DNA of 64,000 nt, taken from contig NIVC01000738.1 in the NCBI GenBank assembly GCA_002269645.1, forward strand, positions 186,001 through 250,000, given 5' to 3'. The notes below the pieces were generated by a model that saw only the letters and a list, made by a program, of their open reading frames with translations, made no database searches and was not told where the DNA came from. Below are positions 22,871-34,249 of the stretch, piece after piece (the first letter of the stretch is position 1; the number at the start of each line of letters is the position of its first letter). The position numbers and the translations under genes were made by a program. The DNA is from Macrostomum lignano (taxonomy: Eukaryota).

Positions 22871-25800
22871 TCCCAATACTAACTAAGTCCAAAGCCAATA
22901 TGATATAGCACTATAAGCTTCTTGGGCTACTTATATAGCTAATCATCTCATAGGCTAAAGGTTGCTATAGTATAGAACTATGGTGGCCTTTTTGTAATTA
23001 AACTATTTATTTATTATTTATTTTGGCATTGTCTAGGCCTAATACAAAGTAAATTGTTAAATTAAAAAGTTGCATATTTAAATTTTAAGTCATGATAAAA
23101 CAAGCAGTTAGTCAATAAAAACATCCTATATTGGCATTTAGCAAAGCATTGAGACAATTAGGAAATGGACAATATAGTATCATTTAATTTCATGACAAGG
23201 ATACATTCCTTTATTATATTGCAAAGTTTGGCATTATTCTTGAATTGTTCATTGTACTATTTTTTCAATATTTTTTCTTTTTTTTTCATTTGAAAAGTTG
23301 ACTTTAGCATGTTTGGATATCTTCCAAGCTATTAAAACAATAAAATTAACAACTTTGTTTTTAGCACTTTCTTTTTTCTCTAGCAATTCCTAACAATTTC
23401 TAATAATTTGAAGTTTCAAAGTTTATTATTTCAGATTGATGCAAAATTATGGGAAACAATGGAATAATGAATTAGAAACAATGATACAATGAGTGTCTAA
23501 ACTCGTGTCAAAATTTAGCAAGGGTAATACTGGGTAATCTAGTATAGCATATGGCCAAAAGTGTTGATAAGATAAAGCTGGCATCCAAGAAATTCCAATA
23601 GATATGTGGCAAACAATGCATTGCTAGTTCCATGCAAGCAACAAAATTTGAATTTTACTTGGGCCTAAGTTCCTTTAAAGAGGTTTGTGTAAATATGTGA
23701 TACATTTGGGTCAACAAAATATAGTGATGGTTGACTGTCAAGTAGTTTGGCAATGAGTTGTATGCCTGCTAGCCATTTATTATGATGCAACCCTAGTAGG
23801 ACATAATGCGCAATGATAGAGAGCATGGTAGTAACCTTGTAGTCTAGAATAACTACTATCATACGATTCATACACTTAGTTGAACTATAATTTGCCATGC
23901 TAGGCATCTACTGAGTCTACTGACTAGGTAAGAGGGCTTTTTGATAGAACTTACGGTGCATAAGGTAAGATTTGTCAACTTCTATATCAACACTAAGGCT
24001 ACCAAGCTAGACTAGATGGTCCTCTAGCACCTAGGCATACATATTGCGAATAAAGTTTTGCCAGTCTGACTATAACCTGCTAGCCAATACCTGTCTAAAT
24101 GCAGCACTCAGACTATTTTGCTTGTGGTGCCCACCAATACACAAGATATGACAATCTGCTATATGGATAGCTTTGATGCTTCAAAGAACAAATCCTTATG
24201 CATAAATACCTGACTATAGTATGCTATATAAGCCTAAGCAATATTATCAATATATTGGTCATTAGCATAGTATTGTAGATGCATAGATGAATCACTAGCC
24301 CCATAGACAATCACTGGTTCTTAAGGAGTCAGTAGGTTGCTAGCCATTCCATAGTCTAGATTATGCTAGGTGTACACCCTAACAAAAATTTAATAATTAT
24401 AAATGCATGCCAAAAAATGAGTATATGACTATTCTCAAAACTATATCACTAGCAATATTATAGAAATAAATAATGTTTATTTATAAAACATAATAATAAA
24501 ACAATATAAATGATCCTTTTAAATTGAATAATAGATCCCTTTGGCATATAATTTAGTGAATTTTTTGCTGTTTGGCGACATTATTTATAGTAAAAAATTG
24601 ATATAGGCAAAGATTTGCTTAAATGCTTTATTACTTAAAAAATGCTTTGTTAAAAAACCCAAAAGACTTGAAATTTATGTTTAAAATGATTTTTTATCCT
24701 TTTTCTATTTCACAATAATTCTTCAATGTGATTTTATAATGCATGCCAAGTGTGCATGCATATTATTTTCTTAGAGTGATACACACCAACTATGCATATC
24801 TACTTTTAGCATACAAGGCCAATGCATACCTAATTTTTTGGGCAAATACTATATGATCCAGAGTGTGGCAGCCATTCAATAGTTTGTTAGATATCCCATG
24901 TCAACCTAGGCCTAACTAATTCTGCCATTGGCAAGTTAGCTTGATAATGATAGGGATTGATAGGAATTTGAATTATGTAACAAATTCTGATTTACAATAT
25001 GATGATGCTGCAAGGCAGCCACTTAGTATAGGATTATTAGATTTTGCTAGATGGTCAACTATAGACTATGGTTCAAAAGGCAGGATTTCAAGGCCTAATA
25101 AAAATTATATACATGACTAGCCTAAGGCCCTAAGTCAAGATATAATTATTAAGTTTGAAAAATTTTACAACAAAAAGCTCAATGATATAGGCCTATACAA
25201 CTATGCCAAAAAGAATGTCAAGTAGCAGCTTGTCAACTTGACCTCAATGGCAATTATGTGACATTTGGTCAGACTGTCAGAAAAAAAGGGCTTGTCTTTC
25301 CTTAGATTCATAGGCTAGTTTATAGAATCAAAGAAGAAATGCTTTTAGTCTCCAAGGCTGATTGTTGCAATGACAGTAGCCAAGCTAGTCTGCAGGCTAG
25401 AGAGATTCAGCACAAAACTAGCTAGGCCTATGCAATATTTGACTGAAATTCATACTTATTCTAACATTGCAAGTGTGCTAGGCCTAAGTGATATTCTCAC
25501 TGACTGAAGTATTAAGAAATTAAGAATAAAAAAATAGCAATTGTTACTGACAATGCTACTTAACACGCTAAAGGCAGTGCGCACAATGCTACCTTATTCA
25601 GCCAATGGTGCTGCAGCTGATTCCAATTTCTTAAAAAATCTTACACAATGCGTGAGCTGTACAGCTTATTTGAGCTGTATCTAATTGTGCAAGATGCATT
25701 TAAGCAGCAGCCATGTGTTAAGGCAATTATTGGCAAATGCCGACACTTTGTTAGCTCAATGCAAAATTCAACAACAACTCTAGTATAATGTATATTCATA

Positions 25801-26130
25801 TGAATGTGAATTGAGGTGGGACGGAGAAAAGAAAAGAAAGCTAATATTATTTTCTGTCGGCGGTCTTGAAACGATTCTCGTAAAAATCTCAACTTCAAAT
25901 TGCCGCCGTCCGTAACTTGGCACTCGTAAAGCCGGAAAGCTGCACGAATTTGATCAGGTTGATTTTCTCCTTTGATACTCCGACTGCCGGGTCCCCAATT
26001 CCGAGGGGAGGGTAGTCGTGTTCGAGGTCGAGCGGTCTTTAGCAGGCACCGTCGTTCAGCTGGGTCCTCAGACACCGTAGGTTCATTCAATGTACGTTGA
26101 ATCACTTAGTTGCTTACTATCGTAGAGTAG

Positions 26131-26141
26131 CGCTGCCACCA
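26131..26141 (-). other. Primer-binding-site-like motif TGGTGGCAGCG (complementary to a tRNA-Leu 3' end) at an LTR-like boundary
   Basis: Plus strand CGCTGCCACCA matches the ...CGCTGCCA-CCA 3' end of tRNA-Leu(AAG-type); minus-strand AATAAA about 150 nt upstream (26289-26294). The LTR end reads ATTACGG rather than the canonical CA. Confidence 0.5.
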
Positions 26142-26695
26142 CCGTAATTTCGTATTACGGAACGTTGAGATCTCAGAGCTCGTTCGGAGTTGAGATTTGA
26201 TTTGGTTATTTTACGCCCCACTGGGCAAATGACTCAAGATAAACTATCGGGGCTGCGATTAATTAATTGAATAGAATGAGTTAAATGTTTTATTGGCCGT
26301 CACAGAGACTACTTGAGCTGGTATTGATGATAGCAATTATTAATGATAATAATAGTAATAATATTATCCGAACGCAGGCTACGGACAAAAGAATAATCCG
26401 GCTGGGCCGAGGTGCTGGATAAGAATGGTTATTTGTTAATAAATAGGGAGCAAGCTAATAAGGTCCGGTGGTATTACCGAATCAAACAAATAAACTAAAC
26501 TAAACACTAGTAGCACGTACGAGAAAACGAGAACTAATACGAACACTAAACAAGGTTTGAAAATGGTGCGGCCTAAACCGGGCTAAATAGCATAAAAATA
26601 GCATAGCATAACCTGCTATTTTTATATAAAAATATTAATGAATGGCATAACCAGAAAAAAATGCAACACATGGGGCGACGGATGGGGCAGGGGGC

Positions 26696-27879
26696 GGGCC
26701 TATGAAATTTGCTTGCGAGAAGTTTGCTTGCCGAAGTCTGCTTGCCGAATTTTGCTTGCGGAATTTTGCTTGCCGAAGTCTGCTTGCCGAATTTTGCTTG
26801 CGGAATTTTGCTTGCGGAATTTTGCTTGCCGAAGTCTGCTTGCCGAACTTTGCTTGCGGAATTTTGCTTACCGAAGTCTGCTTGCCAAACTTTGCTTGCG
26901 GAATTTTGCTTGCCCAAGTCTGCTTGCCGAACTTTGCTTGCGGAATTTTGCCTGCCGAACTTTGCTTGCCGAGCTTTGCTTGCCGAACTTTGCTTGCCGA
27001 TCTTTGCTTGCCGAATTTTGCTTGCAGGAAATTTGCTTGCGAGGTTTGCCAGCCAAAGTTTGCGGAACCTTGAAGAACCTATTATTGAGCTCTTGTATTT
27101 CTAATTTTCATTTTCTAAGATTCGTGGAAGTCGCCTATAGTGTTATGATTTTGTATGAGGGTATGGCGGATTATTAATTACATTTTATATACTAAAATAT
27201 TATTAGTATATGCATTATTATACGTTAGCATCACTGCAATTATCATACCTGCTCAATCGTGCTGAAATCAGAAACTACAAAGATTTATACTATTACCGAT
27301 TCCTATGTCTAAATACCTATACTAAATCTCTAAGCATTCTATATACTAAATTCTTAGAATGAAACTCTATAAGCCTAGTTTCAAAGCTTTTATAGTGTCA
27401 AGTCAGTTTACGTCGACCCTGATAAGAATCCACTTGCAAAGCATCTGTAGTAAGTAATAATTGACTGACCAACTTTACAAGCAATCAAAACAAGCAAGCA
27501 AACAAGAAAATAATTCTGCAAGTTAAAACCTTGCGATTGTGTGATTAAAATTTCGCAAGCAAAGTTCGGCAGGCAAAGTTCCTGCAAGCAAAGTTCGGCA
27601 GGCAAAGTTCCTGCAAGCAAAGTTCGGCAGGCAAAGTTCCTGCAAGCAAAGTTCGGCAGGCAAAGTTCCTGCAAGCAAAGTTCCTGCAAGCAAAGTTCCT
27701 GCAAACAAAGTTCCTGCAAGCAAAGTTCCTACAAGCAAAGTTCGGCAAGCAAACTTCAGCAAGCAAAATCCCGCAAGCAAAGTTTGGCAAGCAAAGTTTG
27801 GCAAGCAAAGTTCGGCAAGCAAAATTCCTTCAAGCAAAGTTCGGCAAGCAAACTTCCCGCAAGCAAACGTCGTACTCCC
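26696..27879. mobile_element. Non-autonomous foldback/Mutator-type element with tandem-repeat TIR arms
   Basis: Perfect 9-bp TSD GCAGGGGGC (26687-26695 and 27880-27888); ends GGG...CCC; arms are inverted arrays of TTTGCTTGCCGAA-type units (26707-27060 versus 27550-27870); AT-rich core. Confidence 0.88.
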
Positions 27880-28162
27880 GCAGGGGGCAAAGGGTGGGGC
27901 GAAGGACGGGGCAACGGATCGGAAAACGGAAAAACGGGACAAAACCCCAGGCAAACCAAAGGGTGGAAAAGAAAAGCCAACGGACGGGCCAACGGAAGGG
28001 GCAAGGGATGGGCCAACAAGGGGACTGAGAGGACCACAAAAAGGGCCATACACCGGAAAGAAAATACGTCATTGTTGACTGCCGATCGCTCAAGTGGTAG
28101 CTCGCCCTACCACATGCGCGGTGGCACCGCGCGCTTGGCGAAGAAGCCAGGCGTTCCGGATG

Positions 28163-28771
28163 CTACTGTCGCCGTCCGCGAGAGGCGCGTCTGCCGCGGC
28201 CAGATGGGCGGGCTTCGCGGTCAGCTCCGGCCGTGCTGGCAAGGCGGCCCTGGCGGCACAGCTGAATGATGACTGGCGGCACGCCTCGTCCTAGGGCGGC
28301 GGCGTACTCTACCCCCAGGCCTATGATGGCGCTAATGAGGCCCAACTGGGCGCCTGAGGTTTCAGCTTGGACCCGCGAGCAGAGTAGGACAGCTGCCATC
28401 TCGATAGCCCATACCGCGGTTGCCGGTCCGTATTGCCGGGCCAGGTCATTCCAATTACGGCAATCGCTCGTGTGATGAGCTCCGTCTCTGTCATCTAGCT
28501 CCCAAAGTAGCAGCTCTGACAGCTGCTGCGCACATTCAGTATCCAGCACAGCCTCCCTTGGCGCCAACGGGGCCGCGTCCAAAAACTCGTTCAGCCAGGA
28601 GCTTGGGCTATTTGACGGCGCTTGTACGACGGGCGGTTCGGGGAAAGCGCCGGCGAGGTCAATCTGGTCTAGCAGCGCCGGGTGTCGTGGCGGTTCCTCA
28701 CGGTCACGGGCTTCAGCGTCTAATAGCGCGGATGGTGAACCGGCGCCGTTAATCATCGGATAATCCGACAT
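28163..28771 (-). CDS. Hypothetical 202-aa protein, possible death-domain-like fold (residues about 78-162)
   Basis: Uninterrupted ORF; GCCATG context; TATTTAA about 113 nt upstream (28884-28890). Pattern QQLSELL..LDD...RNWNDLARQYG...AIE..LL...LISAIIGLG..YAAAL resembles death-domain helices, judged by eye only. Confidence 0.5.
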   Translation of the reverse strand: MSDYPMINGAGSPSALLDAEARDREEPPRHPALLDQIDLAGAFPEPPVVQAPSNSPSSWLNEFLDAAPLAPREAVLDTECAQQLSELLLWELDDRDGAHHTSDCRNWNDLARQYGPATAVWAIEMAAVLLCSRVQAETSGAQLGLISAIIGLGVEYAAALGRGVPPVIIQLCRQGRLASTAGADREARPSGRGRRASRGRRQ

Positions 28772-29989
28772 GGCGATTGAGAGAAAACTGGGTCGAGACC
28801 GGACTTGCTTAAAACTATAGGCAAATTAGTCCGCAGAGCAGAAACGAAAAACAGGTTCAATAAGCAAGTTAGGAAATGGGGCCTTAAATACCAGCCATCA
28901 GATGGACAAAGCTAGGGGCCGTCACCCCCATGAACTCTACTGCGGCACTCAGAGGTGGCGTGGGTGAGTGAAATCAAGGAGTAATAAAACAGATAGATAA
29001 CCGCGCGGCAAGGGTCCCAGTAGAATGAAAGGAATGGGGCGCCTTAAACGGCTCACACGAAACGGGTTGGCGGTTAGAAAGGGGGGCTGAATATCGCGTA
29101 AACATAAGGGCAGCATTCTCTCACTCACTCATGACTCACTCACTCATACTACATAAGGGCAGCATTCTCGCGTAGACACTGGGAACAGAGCCGAACGAGA
29201 GGCCCTAACAAAATTTCCCAGGCTTGGCATGATCAGAACAAAGAATAAACATGGGGGTCGGTTCACCTTAGATGCCCTCCGCTGAGGACCAGGCTTAGTG
29301 CAAAGGTCCGCTTGTCCCAAACGGGGCAAAAGATTGCTGGGCACCTTAGCAAAATAGTTTGAAAAAAAATTGGGAAGAGAAACCTTCAGGTTGTGATTTG
29401 GGACTGAAAGTTTCACAAATAATTCAGTGCTTTTCTCCTGAAAGCATAAGGAAGCGATGGGAGACTCTCCGTTCTTTGACAGTGTGCTAGGAAAGTTTAC
29501 AAATAAAGGGGTTTCGCAAAATGAAATTAATTGAGCAATGGTATACTGTATCGCATGCGGATAAATAATGTCGCGTTTGGTGCAGTCTTTTACCATCAAG
29601 CCAAAGGCTAAATATCAGAGCTTAGGGGTGCAGACTTAGTGTAGCGTTGGATAAAATATGAGCACAAAATTAAGCATGGGCACCAAAATGTACAACTGCT
29701 TTTATCCCTAAGCATAAATAAACAGAAAAATTGAGAAAATGCCGCTTTTTTTCCTGAAATCATAAGGAAACGACAGAAATTAACTGTTTTCGCCCTCAAG
29801 CATAAGGTCACATTAAAAGTACATTGAAACTTTGCTTTGCTTTTGTCCTGAAAGCATAAGGAAACAGAAAAAATTTGAGAAAAAAATAAATGACTTTCAG
29901 CACATTAGCAGGTGCAGAGCAAGTTTCACCGGCAATAAAATTAAAATGCGTTCGCAGACCGGACTACTAATAGTAATGCGCAACGTTAG

Positions 29990-32000
29990 CTAATTACAAG
30001 GCGCAACATTAAATTCGCTGGTAAATACCTTTAAGAATTCCACCTCCATGCCGATGTCAGGCAGATCCGGGTCGCCTTCGGCGAGCACCTCAGGATGGCG
30101 CAAGCTTGGCTCGAACAGCTGACTGCCTCGCAGATCGTGCTGGGTTGCGGCTGGCTGTTCTGGAGCGGGCTGATCGGCTGGATCGACTTCGCTGTCATCA
30201 CTCGACTCGTAGGGCAGCATTAGCCGCTCAGTTTTGCGTGGCGGCTCCTGTGGTCGGTCTGCCATCATTTGCGGCACCTTGATAATGTTGTTACGATGTA
30301 CCAACATCTCAGCCGGGCGTCCTCGTCGGGCGGTTGCCGGCTTGATCCAGTAGGCTACTTCGCCGACCTTTCTGACGACTTTGTACATACTCTTGTACGG
30401 CCGGTGGAATTTATTAGGCAGCTCTCCCAATTCGAGCTTCGGGTTGGCCAGGCAGACAAGATCTCCGGGCTGCAATTCCACGGGCTTCGGTCGGTTTTCA
30501 TAGTACTCTTCTCGGCGCTGGATCTCAGTCCTCAGTCACTGTCGTACAATTCGCTCGGTCTCGGCCAGTCTGCGCTGATGCTTGGCAATGTACTCTGGGA
30601 GATCAGCCGATACGTCCAGGCGGTCTAGGGTGTTGTCGATAGGATATCGGTAGGGCACTTCGTAGACGACATAGTGCGGCGAGAAACCAGTAGTACGATT
30701 GACGGCTGATCTTAGGGCGGTCAAAGCGGCTGGCAGCATCTTGTCCCATTGCTGATGATCTTCGAGGAGACAAGTGAGCACCTTCTTGATGTTCTTATTG
30801 CACGATTCAGCTTGTCCATTAGCCCAGAGCGAAAATGGCGGCGTCGTAGTCTGCCGAATGCCATAGACTTCGCAGAAATGTCGGAACTCGTGCCCTGTGA
30901 ACTGTTTTCCTTGATCGGAGTGAATCCACGCCGGGATTCCAGTGATCGGAAACACTTGTTCCTTTAGAAGAGTTATTATCGTCTTGGCACGCTGATTTTT
31001 CATGGCAAAGGCGAAGGGGTACTTTGACGTAGTGTCGACGTAGGTCAGTATGTACTTGTTGCCTCGGTCTGTCGGATCTCCAGTGGGGCCCAGGATGTCG
31101 ATTGCGCATCGCCCATAGATTTCGCAAACCGGGAACAACTGTACATGCGCCGGAATACGTCGCCGTCCTTTGCTCTGAGTGCAGGTCTGGCAGGAAGCGA
31201 CATAGTCGGACACTGCCTTGGCCAGGGCAGGTCGCCAGAACCTTTCGCGCACTTTAGCAATGGTGAGGTCTCGGCGAATGTGTCCGCAGTAGGGCGAACC
31301 ACGCAGGTCGGCGAACACGGTGGCGTCAAGACTCCTCGGCAGGACGATTCACGCTGTCTCTTCCTCGCCGACATCGTCAAGATGTATCACCAGCAGTCCA
31401 TCGTCTCGGATTTCTAATTGTTCATAGAACGCTAATAAATTTCGCTTGTCTCGCGTCATGTTTAGTCGCTGATTCAGCGGCGGCCTTGGTTGTCGACTTT
31501 CTAGTAGGTTAATCATCATGGCGATGGCGGAGCCAGCACGCTGATGAGTCTTGAGCTCCTCGCGAGTGACTGGCCTCGGGATGTGATCTGTTAGATTTAG
31601 AGTTCGGCGTCGATCAGTCAGATTAGTTGGGGCGGCTTCGGCTGTGGCGGCATCGTTCGGGGTCTGGAGCTCCCTCCGCATGATCGCTACTTGAACCGGT
31701 TGCCGTGTTGTTGATGTGCCCGAAGGTCGATCCTCGTCGGTGGATTCGGCGTCACTGTCACTCACTCCTGATTCGTTAGCAGATGAGGATGATGAGGCAG
31801 TGCTGTCAGCGTCGATGCTGAACCTCACCTCCTTCTTGAACTCCGGGCAGCGAACTGGATGGCAGCGGTCGTCTTTGGCTGCACTGTGGTCGCTGACCTC
31901 GTCGTCTCCAGCTAGTAGTCGGCGGCTCCTAGTAGGGCAACATGTCAGGCTACTGAAACTGGTGGGTGACCTCTGCGAGTCCTCGTAACGGCTGGCTGAT
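29990..32000 (-). mobile_element. Ty3/gypsy pol remnant: RNaseH-integrase linker, integrase and C-terminal domain (degenerate)
   Basis: GH...CQTC zinc finger; AIDILGP, YILTYVDTTSKY, IHSDQGKQF, ANGQAESCNK core; LQPGDLV..KFHRPYK..YKVV C-terminus. In-frame TGA at 31349 (likely CGA) and a frameshift at about 30535. Confidence 0.92.
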
Positions 32001-32318
32001 GGCCTCGGCTTCGTCGCCGGCGGGTGCCCTCGAAGCGGCCCTCGGATTCTCCATCTTTCTGCCCTCACAAGGTCTATGGTATCGCTATTCCTACCCTAAT
32101 TTGCAAGGGCGGGCAGAAACGCCATTTCCTGCCCGGTCTATGGTAACTCCATACATTTGAGTGTGAATCCTTTCGAATTTTCATTTCTTGCCCGCTGCCG
32201 ATGTCTGTGGTAAAAATCACGGGTTAATGCTTCGTATATGTCTCAAGTTTACTGTAATTTCAGTTTTCTCTGCTAAATATCTTGAATTTTATTAAAATAG
32301 AAGTACTAACTGTCCAAG

Positions 32319-32632
32319 TTTCTGTCCAAGACATTCAGGCTGTAACTGGACACAAGCGCGCCGAGTCTGTAGTACAACGTTACACAAAGAGGATCAGTTC
32401 CGAGAAGAAGCAGAAGCTATCCAATTGTCTCAGTGAGTGTCTTCAACCGGAAAATCGCATTGATAGTGTTCAGATCTGCGATGCTCCGGCCACGGTTCCG
32501 ACTGTCAGTGCCAATCCGGGATCTCCCAACGTGTCAGGAGGTGCGACGGCGACGGGTGCTCTAACTGGCCAGCCTCGACAGTTGGTTGGGCCTTTTAATA
32601 ATTGTACCTTCAATTTTACTATAAGTGAGTGA
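32319..32632 (+). mobile_element. Crypton-type (DUF3504-like) tyrosine recombinase C-terminal fragment
   Basis: VSVQDIQAVTGHKRAESVVQRYTKRISSEKKQKLSNCL (GH...Y catalytic end) and terminal GPFNNCTFNF; preceded by a CTAAC...CAAG acceptor-like sequence. Confidence 0.62.
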
Positions 32633-33119
32633 TTGACCAGACATTTGCAGGTGAGTCATTACTCACACAAGACTAGTTTTTGTTAGCAATTTGTTCACGA
32701 TTTAAATGTAAATTTAAAAACGTCATCCTAACGTACTGAATGGCTAATCTCGTAAGTTTTTCGCGCTATACTGTATTTTCTAATTATTAGTTTACTATAT
32801 TAACTTTGACAAAATGAAAATACCATCCATCATAACGTACTAACTGGTTAATAAGTATTTTGTGTTCTTTAATTGTCTATAGTTTATTCAATGTTTCCGC
32901 TAAAATATATTCAGTTGTCTATGGCAAAAACGCGCTGTTTCTTTTACACTAAAAGGATTGAAGATTTCTTTCACATTCCTGCCCGGCAAATCGGATAGGA
33001 ATCTTCTTCTCCTTACTTAAATCATGGAGCGGAGCTGCTAGTTCTGCGTAGCCAGGTACAAATTTAGCATAATACTAGCAATCTACGCCCCCCGTTGGGG
33101 AGCCAAAGAAATGCAATAC

Positions 33120-34240
33120 ACGTTTTTTTAATAAGCTACAGGTATCCTTGAAATCTTAAAAAATCTCCTGTCAAAACTTGTCAGCCTTGAAATGTCAGTA
33201 ATTCCCCCCCCCCACAAGCTTTAACATATCAACTTCCCCCCTTGACATCTCAGCAATGCCCCCAATAAGCCTTGGAAATCTAAAAATATCTGTCAACCTT
33301 CTAACCCTAACTCTAGCCTAACCCTAACCCTAACCCTAACCCTAACCCTAGCCTAACCCTAACCCTAACCCTAGCCCTAACCCTAACCTAACCCTAACCC
33401 TAACCTAACCCTAAAGCATTGACATTTCAGTAATTCTCTCTAAGAGTCATTATTGCACTACTACAGCATTATAGCGATTCCCTGCAAGCCTCGACATCGT
33501 AGGGATTCCCAAATGCATCTCTTCACTTCGACATGAAGCTTCTTTTATTTTTTACATTACGCTTTTTTTATCAGCGATCCCTCCAATGAGGAGGCATCAA
33601 GTAATGTAATTAAAAGTTTTCAATAAACTACATGTAGCTTCTGACTTTAGCCTTGAAATCTCATTTATACCCCCGTGAGCCTTGACATGTCAGCTATTCC
33701 CCCCGTAAGCCTTGACATGTCAGCGATGGCCTCCATAAACCTTGAAATCTAAAACCCCCCCGTTAACCTTGAAACCCGATAAAATATAACCCTCAACCCA
33801 CACCTGACCTAAACCTAACTTTAACCCAACCTAAAGCCTTGAATCTCAGCAATTCTTCTCCCCTAAGCCTTGACATTTTAGTGATTCCTTCTTTAAGAAT
33901 CACAGCACCATAACGATTTCCACCAAGCTTTGACATCGTAGCAATTCCCAAAGGAATCTTTTAACTTCGACATGACTCTTCTTTTATGCATACATAGTGC
34001 TACTTTTATTTTTTACATGACTCTTCTTCTATCAGCGCCCCCCCCTGTGGCGAGCCAACAAAGAATGTAATAAAAAAATTGAGTAAAGTACATGAACTTT
34101 GAAGTAGCTTCTGACGTTTGCTTTGACATCTCAGAAACCCCCCCCCCTATAATCTCAGTTATTCTCTGTGAGCCTTGACGTCTCAGTTTTTTCTCCCCAG
34201 CCCAGCACTATAGCTGCATTTAATTTTTAAATGACACCCT
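33120..34240. repeat. Degenerate tandemly duplicated module (about 450-500 bp) with CCTTGA(C/A)ATC subrepeats
   Basis: 33460-33560 resembles 33900-34000; the second copy carries a decayed CCTAAC tract at about 33790-33835. Confidence 0.6.
33301..33414. repeat. Interstitial telomeric-like (CCCTAA)n tract
   Basis: About 18 CCCTAA/CCTAA/CCCTAG units. Confidence 0.9.
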
Positions 34241-34249
34241 TCATGTCTG

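Noticed and set aside
25000-25450. Possible decayed LINE ORF1-like reading frame
   Set aside because: Only a vague IIIKF motif amid many stops; too mutated to support.
27880-29200. Hammerhead or other ribozyme in the LTR-like module
   Set aside because: No CTGANGA...GAAA core with compatible stems seen by eye.
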